Shown here in pieces: positions 12,028 to 22,295 of a stretch of DNA of 64,000 nt. The notes under the pieces are model-generated. The model made no database searches, was not told the DNA's origin, and saw only the letters and a list, made by a program, of their open reading frames with translations. This stretch comes from an uncultured Lactobacillales bacterium (lineage in GTDB: Bacteria > Pseudomonadota > Alphaproteobacteria > CAAHEQ01 > UBA3637): the NCBI GenBank assembly GCA_964414185.1, contig CAYPVK010000004.1:7626-71625 (forward strand). The letters run 5' to 3'. How positions within the stretch are numbered: position 1 is the first letter of the stretch; each line of letters starts with the position of its first letter. The position numbers and the translations under genes are program-made.

Positions 12028-12567
12028 ATGTTGAAATTCGGAAGTTTTGTCTTAACAACATTGGCAGCTTTCAAAGCCGCCGCCAATCCGGCATGCGCGG
12101 TTTGTACGGTGGCAATCGGTGCCAGTTTAAGCTTGGCGCGCTCATTAGGTGTTGACGATTGCGTTATCGGCGTTTGGGCCGGAGCCATGTTGGCTATGCT
12201 CGGATATTGGACAATGCGTTTCTTCGACAAACGCGGTTGGTATTTTAAAGGGCGCGATGCATTGTTGATGGCGGTGTCCGTCGCGATGATCGGATTTATG
12301 TATCTCGGTGAATTGACCTATACGCCGATGATTATCGGTTATATTTTTTATATGGATTCTTTTTTGTTTGCAACAATTATCGGAGCGCTTACATTGATTT
12401 CAGGCATACATTTGTATGCGTGGATGAAAGCGCGTAACGGCGGGCATGCTCACTTCCCGTTTGAAAAAGTCGTGGTACCGATAGTGTTGGTCCTTTTGGT
12501 CAGTTTAAGCTTTCATTATTTGGCCGTATGCAATTGCGGTGCCAATGGTTTGATAGAAGTATTGTAA
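12028..12567 (+). CDS. Hypothetical multi-pass membrane protein (Cys pairs at both ends)
   Basis: AAAGGAG RBS, 179 aa, 4-5 hydrophobic helices. Contains CAVC near the N-terminus and CNC near the C-terminus. Confidence 0.5.
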   Translation: MLKFGSFVLTTLAAFKAAANPACAVCTVAIGASLSLARSLGVDDCVIGVWAGAMLAMLGYWTMRFFDKRGWYFKGRDALLMAVSVAMIGFMYLGELTYTPMIIGYIFYMDSFLFATIIGALTLISGIHLYAWMKARNGGHAHFPFEKVVVPIVLVLLVSLSFHYLAVCNCGANGLIEVL

Positions 12568-12576
12568 GGCAATAAA

Positions 12577-13035
12577 ATGGGGAAACGACTTCTTTCCGCT
12601 TATCCCGAAACAAAGCCGATTATTCTTTTATGTTTGTTCGGCATCGGGATATTCTTTGCCCAAAAAGTTGTTGCAATGATTTTAATAGGCGCCCTGACAA
12701 AATTAACTTTTATGTTCTTAAGCAACTTAAAAGGAAAAATGGGTAAATTTATTCGAAAGCTCAGCGATTCCCTGATTGTCGTTGCGGGAGTATCCCTTGT
12801 CGGATTAACGGTCCTGTTGTTCCCGATATCGGGGCCGTTGCCGCTGTTTTTGGCTTTGCCCTTTGCATTGGGCTATCTGACAATCGAAGCGGGTACCATA
12901 ATGGAAGAAAAGTTTCCCTTAAAAGGCAAATCCGCGTTTAAAACGTATTTTTATCCCGTCTTATTTTTAATTTTAATTATTATACCCTGGCAATTCAGCG
13001 ATTTTTTGCCGTTTTTTAGGAGGTTAAACCAATGA
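12577..13035 (+). CDS. Hypothetical membrane protein
   Basis: 152 aa and hydrophobic. Tightly spaced after the previous gene, and its end overlaps the next start (ATGA-type overlap at 13032). Confidence 0.5.
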   Translation: MGKRLLSAYPETKPIILLCLFGIGIFFAQKVVAMILIGALTKLTFMFLSNLKGKMGKFIRKLSDSLIVVAGVSLVGLTVLLFPISGPLPLFLALPFALGYLTIEAGTIMEEKFPLKGKSAFKTYFYPVLFLILIIIPWQFSDFLPFFRRLNQ

Positions 13036-13682
13036 ATAATTCCAAAATATTAAAGCATTTCGGAAGCAAGGAAGAAGTAAAAGAGTTTGTGGAACGCATA
13101 GATTCGACAAAGAAAAAAAATCCGAAAGACCTATCGTCGGACCAAGATTTGACGATAGCACTGATGAACCTGATATCGATAGAAGAACATTTGGTATTTT
13201 CGGGTGCCAAAACGGGCAAAACGGCCTTTTATGATATGGTAAAAGACATTCGGGAAATGCGCAAAAATCTGATGATGAAAGTGATACCGTCGTATGAAGG
13301 CGAAGTATGGTGTATATCAAAGCATTTATTGGCCACGTCAATGAGATTGATGGAAGTCGGGACAAAACAACAATCAATGGGGCGTAACGAAGAAGCATAC
13401 GGATTGTTTAATCAGGCGTATGATTTGTATTGTTTGTTTTGGGGCTTAAACATGGGTATGATTGATACGTCGGGAATGAAATGGTCGGAAGATACACCCG
13501 AAAATGTCATGAAAGAGGCTCAAAATTTGCAAAATTCGTTAAGCAGCGGATTAAAAAATCTCAATGACGGTGATGTTAAAAAGGCAAACGGCTCACCGGT
13601 TATTCCCGAAGCGCAAAAATCTTCCATGTTTTCAAAATTCAAGGCTGTTGTCAAAAAAGCCGTCGATTGTTGTATTGAGTAA
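13032..13682 (+). CDS. Hypothetical soluble protein
   Basis: 216 aa. Translationally coupled to the upstream gene. No motif recognised. Confidence 0.5.
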   Translation: MNNSKILKHFGSKEEVKEFVERIDSTKKKNPKDLSSDQDLTIALMNLISIEEHLVFSGAKTGKTAFYDMVKDIREMRKNLMMKVIPSYEGEVWCISKHLLATSMRLMEVGTKQQSMGRNEEAYGLFNQAYDLYCLFWGLNMGMIDTSGMKWSEDTPENVMKEAQNLQNSLSSGLKNLNDGDVKKANGSPVIPEAQKSSMFSKFKAVVKKAVDCCIE

Positions 13683-13748
13683 GATTCATTATGTTCGGCA
13701 ATATCGAATTGCATGTCAAACAACGCATTATTTTTAAGCAGGTGATTT

Positions 13749-14723
13749 ATGGCAACGATTACGACGGAATTTTGTTTTGCTTTAAACGGCAAAGGCGGCG
13801 GCAACAAATTGGATTTGGAAGCCGTTGACATTTTTAAAGAAAAAAACCTATGGATTCACATCGACTATAAAGATCAAGAAAACCAAGAATGGTTGGAAGA
13901 AATAGGTTTGGACGAAACGGTCATCGAAAATTTGCTGGATGAAGATACCAGCCCGCGTTATTTTCAACAAGACGGCGGTTTGCTGGTTGTCATGCGAGGC
14001 GTCAATACGCATAAAAAAGATGATGTGGACGACATGATTGCCATTCATATGTGGATTGACAAAGACCGCATTTTGACTTTATCACACCGCGCATTGCCCG
14101 CCGTCCGTCAAGTCAGTGCTTTAATCCGCAAAGGCGACGGTCCCGTTTCGCCGATTGATTGTTTTTTGATGTTGGCGGAAAGTTTAACGGAAAGCATTGA
14201 AAAAACAACAGATAAAATCGATGATGAAGTTGATGAATTGGAAGAAGAAGTCATTGCCGCCTATGACCACCGTTCGGATAAACGTTTACGCAGCGAAATT
14301 GCCGATTTGCGTCACAAAATCGTCGGTTTGCGTCGATATTTGGTTCCCCAACGCAATACGATTAAGGTTATGAAAAATATTGATCATCCGCTGCTTAACG
14401 AAGATGACCGCGACAGATTACGCAATATTTATATGGATTTGGCCAAAGCGGTTGAAGATTTGGATTTCGCCCGAGACCATTCGACCGTGACTCAGGAAGA
14501 ATTGGATTCCAAAACGAATATCAATATTTCGCAAACCATGTATATGATGTCGATTGTAATGGTCATTTTTACGCCGTTGACATTTTTAACGGGGTTATTG
14601 GGGGCAAATATCGGCGGAATTCCTTTCGGCGAAGACAACAACGGCTTCACTTTCATTTCGCTGATTTTGGTCGGCATCGTTATTTTCCAAATTGCCGTTT
14701 TTAAGAAAATGCGCTGGTTTTAA
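13749..14723 (+). CDS. zntB: CorA-family divalent-cation transporter, ZntB-like
   Basis: 324 aa with two C-terminal TM helices. The loop LTGLLGANIGGIPF resembles the ZntB GVNLGGIP loop rather than the CorA YGMNF. Confidence 0.85.
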   Translation: MATITTEFCFALNGKGGGNKLDLEAVDIFKEKNLWIHIDYKDQENQEWLEEIGLDETVIENLLDEDTSPRYFQQDGGLLVVMRGVNTHKKDDVDDMIAIHMWIDKDRILTLSHRALPAVRQVSALIRKGDGPVSPIDCFLMLAESLTESIEKTTDKIDDEVDELEEEVIAAYDHRSDKRLRSEIADLRHKIVGLRRYLVPQRNTIKVMKNIDHPLLNEDDRDRLRNIYMDLAKAVEDLDFARDHSTVTQEELDSKTNINISQTMYMMSIVMVIFTPLTFLTGLLGANIGGIPFGEDNNGFTFISLILVGIVIFQIAVFKKMRWF

Positions 14724-14782
14724 AACCGATTAAACGGCCAATATTTGTATTGCGCATATGGCGAATCCGAAAACGGCCCGTT

Positions 14783-15418
14783 TTACCAGTTATTGCATAA
14801 ATCCTGAGTCGCTTTATAGGATTCGGGCGTATCGATGGCCTCATTCTTTTCTTTAAGCTTTTTATTGATATGGTCGACAAGCGGCTGAACGTCTTTTAAA
14901 ATTTGTTTGAATTGCTCATTTAAAACGCGTTCGGCTTCTTTTTGAGAATGTACATACCGCGGTTTTTGTTTGTTAAGGGCTTTTTTAAGTTCGCGTTCTA
15001 TATCGCTTTGAAAAAATTTAACCCCTTGCCGATAAACTTCGACATGGTAATTTTCATGGTCTTTGATAGCCTTGTATTCGCATGTGCCGGGTTTGTATTT
15101 TCTGTCGATATAGACATTAAATACCGGCACACCGATGTAAAAAACAACCTCTTTAATCCCGACACAAGCCCGTTTATTTTCATTTTTAACACGTGGCGTA
15201 CCATCATATCGGATTGTAAAATTGGCAGACGTTAAACCGCGTATACGATCATTATCCGGCGCGAATTGGGCACGAGATTGGTGCGTTATATAATTGATTC
15301 GCCCTTGGTCAACGCGCACGGTCACACGCGGATTTTCAATCATGCATTTTGCACAAACCGTCACCGAGATAAAAAAACAAGCGGCAATCACATATAAAAG
15401 GGGTATAATTTGTTTCAT
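14783..15418 (-). CDS. Putative secreted Zn-metallopeptidase (DUF922-like)
   Basis: Start placed at MKQIIPLLYVIAACFFISVTVCA (signal peptide). Contains the HExxH motif HENYH. Family assignment is from memory only. Confidence 0.45.
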   Translation of the reverse strand: MKQIIPLLYVIAACFFISVTVCAKCMIENPRVTVRVDQGRINYITHQSRAQFAPDNDRIRGLTSANFTIRYDGTPRVKNENKRACVGIKEVVFYIGVPVFNVYIDRKYKPGTCEYKAIKDHENYHVEVYRQGVKFFQSDIERELKKALNKQKPRYVHSQKEAERVLNEQFKQILKDVQPLVDHINKKLKEKNEAIDTPESYKATQDLCNNW

Positions 15419-15854
15419 TTTTTTATCTTTCAATTCGTCAACGTTTCGTTTGGCAATACATATACCGTTTGACGGCATTCAACACGACAACGTATAAACA
15501 GCATATCATAAATGTATTGCATTGCTTTATACAGGATAAAAACGCCGGAAACAACCCCCGACGCAAACATACAATCCGCAAGCGCATTAAGACAGATGTC
15601 CATGCAAGTTCCCCTTGTCTGTGATAAATCCATTTTTCTATTTAAGCATTTTTAGCAATAAAAAACAAGATTTTAATTCCGTAATAAATTTTACTTACAA
15701 TAAAAGCAAAAAAAATTGAAAAATGCCTTTTATACCCCGTTTACGATAAAATACTTAAGGATACAGCTTCAAAATTTCGGCCGTGATTCCCATTTTTATT
15801 TTTCAAAAAATATTGACATAAGACAGAACCTTAAGGAAATATTGAAAAAAATAT

Positions 15855-15883
15855 TTGACGATATTCGGAATCCGTGGTAAAAT
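15855..15883 (+). promoter_or_regulatory. Candidate promoter of the giant-protein gene
   Basis: TTGACG, 17 nt, TAAAAT, lying 36 nt upstream of the ATG at 15919, which is preceded by AAAGGAG. Confidence 0.35.
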
Positions 15884-15918
15884 AATCCAAGTTTAACATA
15901 CCAAAAAGGAGTGGGGTT

Positions 15919-18900
15919 ATGGCAATAATAAATGGTTTTGATTCAGATTTGCTCAACAAAGTCGCAAACGGGTACGATATGATGGACGAACGTTTGGGAT
16001 TAAAAGAAAAAGAAGACGTTTCGGACGCCATTCTCAAGGAAGCGCGTATCGCATTGCAGGACTTAATGCCGAACGGTTTGGTTTTTAACCTTAACAAATC
16101 GGTTGAACCACGCCATTCGGGTCATTGGCAAACAATGCGCGACCTTATCGATGCCGTCAACGACATTAAACAACTTGCACCTGGATTGGTTGACGCAATC
16201 GCAGCCGCCTATGATGTGTCGGAAAAAAGTTTGGGATTAAAAGCAAAAGAAAATATTTCCGAAGGCGTTCTTGAAGGGGCTAACGCCGCTTTACGCAATT
16301 TAATGCAAAACGATTTGGTTTTTAACCCCGATAAAACGGTCGAACCGACCCGTCGTCATCAAACAATGCGCAACCTTATCGTTGCCATAAACGCCATCAA
16401 AGAACAAAATGCCGTGCATAATGTTAACACGCAAAAAGAAATGGCTGAAGAAAAAACAAATACCGCTGCCGATAACAATAAACCGGGCCCCATGGAACTT
16501 ATGGGAACGTTAATCGGCCCGCTTTTCCATAAATACCATTTCCAACTCAAAGACGGCCAAATTGTTTCCGAAAATGCTCCGCAAGAAGCTATGGTCAGTG
16601 TTTACAACCGCTTACGTTCCTTTAATCTTAAAATGACGGCGGATGTAAACGAAAAAGGCTTTATTACCGCTCTGCGTCCGTTGCGGGACGGGGAATCCCC
16701 TCTTGAAATTAATAATCTTGAAGATGTTAAAACCAACGCGCACCCGGCTGAAGAAGTTAATGTTCAAACAAACGGAACGGCGACAAACGCAACGGAAGCG
16801 TCCGTTCAAGGAAAAGAAACGGGAAAAGACGCTGTCAAAGAAACAAACGGCTCAAAAATGTCTGTTCAAAATTTGGCGAATTTGTTCGAACAAACCGTTA
16901 CGGAAACGATTGAACGAATTAAAGGGCCGATTGAACAAATGGAAAACCTTTTGGGCAAAGAGAATATGCAACATTTCAGATTCGAAAACGGCTATTTCGT
17001 TGCGGATGATCAAGATGTTATGATTAATGCTTACAATCGTTTACGTTCCGCCAATTTACCAATAACGGCGGATACGGATAAAAACGGTGCCGTTATCGGA
17101 ATGCGTGCTTTGCGGGAAGGAGAACAACCTGCCGTAATCGAAAGAAAGGTGGCAAAAGGTGAAGTTCAAGCCACCGTTGATCCGTCCATAAATAACGAAT
17201 ACAAAAATTTTATGAACGAAGGGAAAACGGGTGGAAAAGACAATTCAGACAAACCTGATACTCAAAATCAAGGCAACAAGACACCCGTAAACGAAACATC
17301 GGGGAAATATGAATTATCTTTGGCGGGTGCGGACAACACAAAACCCGAAAATGCAAACGTAATCAAAGAAGATTCGGATAAATCAATCTCAGAAAGAATG
17401 GACCGTCTTGCGACAACCGAAGGTTTGCAACGTTTGACCGATACGGCCAAAGAATTAAACAAGCTCTTTAACATTGAAGGAAATGCTTTAATTGCAAAAG
17501 AAGGCATTACACCCGAAGATATTGATTTTGCCAACACATCCTTGGATTATTTTTATCCGACATCCATGATTATGGACGATGCGGGCAAGTTTGTCGGTTT
17601 TGCTCCCACAGCGGGTTATGAACCGTTGGCCGGAATTGTTTATTCGACAATGCGTCAAGTAGCGAAGGCTCAGGATTTTGCCGAAAAAATGGCCGAAAAG
17701 AAAGCCGTTCAAGATGCGCTTATCCAAGTAGAACCGATTAATTATGCCGACTATGTCAACGATTACATTTATACTGACCCATCAAATTCTTCCGATGAAA
17801 ACGAAGTTTTATACAATGCAATTAAATTTGCGGCGTTGCAAGCGGTCAAACCGGCAGCGGAACGCAAGAAATACAGCGAAATCGTTAAAGAGCGGGGCGA
17901 CGAATCCGTTTATACGACACGCGATGTCATCGAAAGGGAAATTAATTCGTTAAGCGTTAACCAACGCACGGCATATGCTGATGCGCTCAATGACGTGCGC
18001 GAAGCCGTTTTGGATACGTTGCCGCCGAAAACTTTGGTTGAATTCCAAGACAATTTGAACAAGCAATCGGCTGATGAAAATTTATCTGTTGAAGAACGCG
18101 AAGAATTAACAAGCAAACTTAATTCCGTCCAAGCTCGCATGGATGAAATGATTAATGATGTTGCCGATGGAAAAGTTGTTTTTAATGATTTGCAATTAGC
18201 CGAGCATTATGAAGGGTTGGTTTCTGTTATCCAAGCACGCGCGGCGGACAATCCGAAAGCCGAAAACGCTTCAAATGTTTTGGAAACCGCCATTGCCGAT
18301 TATGACGAAAGATACAATTTAGACGGTTTGACCGAAGCGGATGCAGAATTTTTGATGGACCGTTCCATTCAAGCCGACAAAGCTTTGGCCGAAATGGGCT
18401 TTGCACAAGTTTTGGGTCGTAAGCTTAAAAATGCCGTTTCTTCCGAAAAACTGTCCACCGAACGGAAATTTACAATCAGCGATGACAATGACAAGTTATT
18501 GCGCGGAATTGTATATACGGATGAAAACGGCAATATTGTGCCGCAAATGGATGAAAACGGCAATGTCCTTGAAGATAGTCTGATTTTTCAAATCGAAGAT
18601 ATGGCAATAGCGTATGCCTATAACCAAGCTGTTTTGGGAAAAGAAAAAATCACACGTGAAAGCATTCAAGCCGATGTTAATGATTTCATTTATTCGACTG
18701 CCGTCAATATGATTACGGCCGACATGGAGGCGAACAAAACGCCGATGAACGGTGAAGAAGCCGAAAAACGTGTCCAATCCATTTCACCCGAAAATCCATA
18801 TAAAGTACCGCTTTCCGCCGGTATGGATCAAATTGTTACACAAACGCAACAAATGGTCGGAATGATTGACCGTGTGGGCAACAAAATCGGACGGTCCGCA

Positions 18901-21900
18901 CCCGTTTTAAACAGCATGCATGACCGATTATCGTTTTTGGATGCAAATGCGAACAGCCGCTTTAAAACCGAGTATGTCAAATCCAACCGTTTGGTCAATA
19001 CCGTGAAAAAATTGGGTACAATGGCAGCAATAAGCGCAGCTTACGGTTTGGCTTTCAGCACCGGCGGCGCCGTTTTGGGCGCAGGTCTTATCGCCGGCAT
19101 GACAACCATGCGTACCTTGGCAGGTTTCGCGCAACATAAAAAGCAAACGCGCCGTGAAGGGGGTAAAGCTAAAAACTTCATGCAATATTTGTGGAGTGAA
19201 AAAGCCCACATTGCCGCTTCGACGGCTTCAATCGTTGCCGCAGCGGGCGGCTTGGCATGGCTCAGCTATTCCGTCGCCGGTTTAAATTTGGCCAATAATT
19301 TCAGGCTCAATTTAAATCGTGATAAAAAAGCGGGACAAAGTCGTACCATTAAAGACGGCATCATGGGCGGTGTTGAAACCGCTTTACCGATGGGCGTTTC
19401 TTTGGCGATGAATATTGCGATGGGCGGTATTTTCGCAGACCGCGGAGATTCAAATGCTTCATTCGCGGAAAATATTTCAAATACGTTTTCCGATGCTTTC
19501 AGCGGCCTTAAAGATGTTTTCGGTTTGGGTGACGCCGCGGCCGGCATGACGCCGGATGCTCCGGTAGCGGATAATGCTAACGTTGATGCGGTTGAAAACA
19601 ACAACACAAACGAAGATTTGCCCCCTGTAAATGCCAAAACGGTTACGCCGCCGACAGCAACCGAAACGGTCACAAATACCGTTGCAAACACGGCAGATAC
19701 AGTCAATAATACGGCTCATGACAATACGGTCGGCATTGAAGTACCGCATCCGGATTTGGAAAATCAAACGCCGCCGCCCGATGCGACCTTTGTCCAATCT
19801 CCGGCTGATTTTGCCGCGGAAGCAGCGGCAAGAGAGGCTGCTCAAACGGTTGCAAACAGTACAGATGCGCCGACAACGCTTCAAGATAACGTTGCGGCAA
19901 CATCCGGCACTGCGACATCTCAAAACGAAGCAACCGGTTCGGCCACGGTTCAAAACGAAACAACCGGCACGGTCGCCGATACTTCCGCCGCAACCCCTGC
20001 AGATACGGCGGGTTCAACGGACGGTACTTCCGGCGCTGCAAGCGGTACAACCGATACGACTCCGCCGACGGGAACCGAAAATATCCCGGAAGTTAAGGCC
20101 TTTAACCATACTTATGATCAAACGGCTCATCAACACGCCGATGCGCGCATTCACGGTCAAGGTCTTAATTATAAATTGGATTACGATGAAGCCCAATTAA
20201 ATACGGCATTGGATCAAATTCGCACAATCGGGGCAGATTATCCCCAAATGAACGGTGCGGCCGGCCAAAGCAATGCCGAAATTTTGATGTATAAATTAAA
20301 TCAAATCGACCGCTTGGTAAGTCCCCATACGGATATTGTAACGCCCGACGGCCGTATTGAAGCGCAAGCTTTGTACGGGCACAAAATGTCGGACGGCAGT
20401 TGGTACGGGCCTCATGATTTGCGTGCCGATTTGTTGGCGGGCAAAGAAGTTAATCCGCAAGTTGCGGCGGAAATTTTTGCTAAAATCGAACCGCATATTG
20501 ATGCAACGGGGCATCATATCGGCGATATCCATAACTTTAAGGAAGCCGGCACGTGGTCTTATCGCCAAACAAGCTTCGGCGGATTCACGCAAGATGCAGT
20601 CAAACCTGTAGAATTTGATTTTAACGGCGTTTACGGACATTTGGACGAAAGCAGCATTCCGCCCGCAGCAGACGAGAATAGTCAAACCGTTCCCACTGCA
20701 TCAAAGGAAAATGACATTCAAAATCCACCCGCCGAAGCCGTTAATGTTAACGAAGGGCAAAATACACCCGTCGAGCCGGTTGTCGGTGTAGAACAAACAG
20801 AGCCGCAAACTCCGGCCGAAGCCGTTAATGTCAACGAAGGGCAAAATACACCCGTCGAGCCGGTTGTCGGTGTAGAACAAACAGGGCCGCAAACTCCGGC
20901 CGAAAACATTCAAAACGCCGACACTTCGAAAGGAGCACCGTTTGTTCCGTACATTCCGTACGATAAACCCTATATGTCCAAAATTCGCCGCACATTGAAC
21001 GAAAGAATCGGCGCTTGGATGGGACCGATTAAACGGGCTTTGGGCATTAAAGAGAACACTAAACCCGAACAAGGCGAAAAAGGCACTTCTGCCCAAATTC
21101 CGCAAACCGACCATAATCATTTGCTTGCGGATACGGTTCATAACGGCGGCAATGTCGGTGTTCAAAATAATGCACAAACGACCAATGTCGCAAGTGAAAC
21201 GAATACCGTGACAGGAATGGCCGATAAAACGCCGGAAACGGCGGGTATCGCAACCGGCAAAATCCCTCAAGGCCCCGGGCCGAAACGCTTGGTTGTGCCG
21301 GAATCGGATTTGCCGAAAGATCCGTATTTCAACCTTTCACCCATCAGCGAAAACGTCGAACGCGATGTTAACGGCGCTTGGGTAGCGGATTTCAGAGAGG
21401 GCGCCCCGAAAATCAACCGTACGGTTGAAACGGCCAATGCCGATTACGTAACGGGTAAATTGCCCAATACGCCATCAAAAGGCGAAATTGAACCGACCGT
21501 CATCCCGATGGATGCGGCTCAAAAGGTTGCGGATGCCAAACGGCTTGACAATCGGGAAGAATTACCCGAACCGCGCCAAGGTTTACCCGAACCTCAAGCA
21601 ATACGTTTGGGTACCGAGCAAGTCAGCGACAAAGTCATCCCGATGCATACGCAAGAACAACGAGATGCATTCAAACGTCAAATGTTTGACGGCAATGTTC
21701 CGAAACACATCCGTGCCGTTCTTGAACAACGTGCTCAAGACGCTCAAAAGTCTCAAATGTTGTTGGAAAACAAGGAAGAGCAAGCTAAATTGACACCGAA
21801 ACAAGCGGAAGCGTTGTTGAATAAATACCGCGATGTAACGGCTGCCGTGGATAACATGAAGCAAACACCCGTTACGCAAAACACGAATGCAGGCAACACG

Positions 21901-22023
21901 GATTTAAAAGTTCAATCGCGTCAAAAACAACCGCAAACACAAACCGGAAACGACGGTACGGCAAACAATGTGAATGCACCCCTTTGGATACGTTTTATGA
22001 CAAAAAAGAACAAACAACCTTAA
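15919..22023 (+). CDS. Giant (2034 aa) repeat-containing protein with central transmembrane segments; function unknown
   Basis: A single uninterrupted ORF with an RBS. Two pairs of diverged internal duplications lie near the N-terminus. Three hydrophobic segments lie around nt 19010-19440. A Thr/Ala/Asn-rich low-complexity region and a near-perfect 28-aa tandem repeat follow. No N-terminal signal peptide. Confidence 0.8.
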   Translation: MAIINGFDSDLLNKVANGYDMMDERLGLKEKEDVSDAILKEARIALQDLMPNGLVFNLNKSVEPRHSGHWQTMRDLIDAVNDIKQLAPGLVDAIAAAYDVSEKSLGLKAKENISEGVLEGANAALRNLMQNDLVFNPDKTVEPTRRHQTMRNLIVAINAIKEQNAVHNVNTQKEMAEEKTNTAADNNKPGPMELMGTLIGPLFHKYHFQLKDGQIVSENAPQEAMVSVYNRLRSFNLKMTADVNEKGFITALRPLRDGESPLEINNLEDVKTNAHPAEEVNVQTNGTATNATEASVQGKETGKDAVKETNGSKMSVQNLANLFEQTVTETIERIKGPIEQMENLLGKENMQHFRFENGYFVADDQDVMINAYNRLRSANLPITADTDKNGAVIGMRALREGEQPAVIERKVAKGEVQATVDPSINNEYKNFMNEGKTGGKDNSDKPDTQNQGNKTPVNETSGKYELSLAGADNTKPENANVIKEDSDKSISERMDRLATTEGLQRLTDTAKELNKLFNIEGNALIAKEGITPEDIDFANTSLDYFYPTSMIMDDAGKFVGFAPTAGYEPLAGIVYSTMRQVAKAQDFAEKMAEKKAVQDALIQVEPINYADYVNDYIYTDPSNSSDENEVLYNAIKFAALQAVKPAAERKKYSEIVKERGDESVYTTRDVIEREINSLSVNQRTAYADALNDVREAVLDTLPPKTLVEFQDNLNKQSADENLSVEEREELTSKLNSVQARMDEMINDVADGKVVFNDLQLAEHYEGLVSVIQARAADNPKAENASNVLETAIADYDERYNLDGLTEADAEFLMDRSIQADKALAEMGFAQVLGRKLKNAVSSEKLSTERKFTISDDNDKLLRGIVYTDENGNIVPQMDENGNVLEDSLIFQIEDMAIAYAYNQAVLGKEKITRESIQADVNDFIYSTAVNMITADMEANKTPMNGEEAEKRVQSISPENPYKVPLSAGMDQIVTQTQQMVGMIDRVGNKIGRSAPVLNSMHDRLSFLDANANSRFKTEYVKSNRLVNTVKKLGTMAAISAAYGLAFSTGGAVLGAGLIAGMTTMRTLAGFAQHKKQTRREGGKAKNFMQYLWSEKAHIAASTASIVAAAGGLAWLSYSVAGLNLANNFRLNLNRDKKAGQSRTIKDGIMGGVETALPMGVSLAMNIAMGGIFADRGDSNASFAENISNTFSDAFSGLKDVFGLGDAAAGMTPDAPVADNANVDAVENNNTNEDLPPVNAKTVTPPTATETVTNTVANTADTVNNTAHDNTVGIEVPHPDLENQTPPPDATFVQSPADFAAEAAAREAAQTVANSTDAPTTLQDNVAATSGTATSQNEATGSATVQNETTGTVADTSAATPADTAGSTDGTSGAASGTTDTTPPTGTENIPEVKAFNHTYDQTAHQHADARIHGQGLNYKLDYDEAQLNTALDQIRTIGADYPQMNGAAGQSNAEILMYKLNQIDRLVSPHTDIVTPDGRIEAQALYGHKMSDGSWYGPHDLRADLLAGKEVNPQVAAEIFAKIEPHIDATGHHIGDIHNFKEAGTWSYRQTSFGGFTQDAVKPVEFDFNGVYGHLDESSIPPAADENSQTVPTASKENDIQNPPAEAVNVNEGQNTPVEPVVGVEQTEPQTPAEAVNVNEGQNTPVEPVVGVEQTGPQTPAENIQNADTSKGAPFVPYIPYDKPYMSKIRRTLNERIGAWMGPIKRALGIKENTKPEQGEKGTSAQIPQTDHNHLLADTVHNGGNVGVQNNAQTTNVASETNTVTGMADKTPETAGIATGKIPQGPGPKRLVVPESDLPKDPYFNLSPISENVERDVNGAWVADFREGAPKINRTVETANADYVTGKLPNTPSKGEIEPTVIPMDAAQKVADAKRLDNREELPEPRQGLPEPQAIRLGTEQVSDKVIPMHTQEQRDAFKRQMFDGNVPKHIRAVLEQRAQDAQKSQMLLENKEEQAKLTPKQAEALLNKYRDVTAAVDNMKQTPVTQNTNAGNTDLKVQSRQKQPQTQTGNDGTANNVNAPLWIRFMTKKNKQP
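20731..20898 (+). repeat. Near-perfect 84-bp tandem duplication (2 copies) inside the giant gene
   Basis: gccgaagccgttaatgt(t/c)aacgaagggcaaaatacacccgtcgagccggttgtcggtgtagaacaaacag(a/g)gccgcaaactccg occurs twice (period 84 nt). It encodes AEAVNVNEGQNTPVEPVVGVEQT(E/G)PQTP. Confidence 0.9.
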
Positions 22024-22041
22024 ACGGAATGTGTGACTGAT

Positions 22042-22077
22042 AAGAAGCCTCGGATAATACCGAGGCTTCTTATTTTT
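22042..22077 (+). terminator. Intrinsic terminator of the giant gene
   Basis: AAGAAGCCTCGG-ataata-CCGAGGCTTCTT followed by ATTTTT. Confidence 0.8.
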
Positions 22078-22295
22078 GAGAAATGCAAATTTCATCTTTA
22101 CTTGGCAAATAAGATATGCAAAAATAACGGTAGCTTTATTTGTCCGCGAACGGGGCATATATGCCGAAACCGCGTATTAAAAAAACAAGTTTTCGTTTAT
22201 TCGCATGCTTTAAGTTTTAAAAATCGTTCAAAATACATAAACTTTGCATGAGAATATGACAAAATCATGCAAATTTACACAAAGGGAAAAATTAA

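Noticed and set aside
15430-15633. 67-aa minus-strand ORF upstream of the DUF922-like gene
   Set aside because: It overlaps the extended frame of the neighbouring gene, has no convincing RBS and shows no recognisable motif. The evidence is insufficient to call it.
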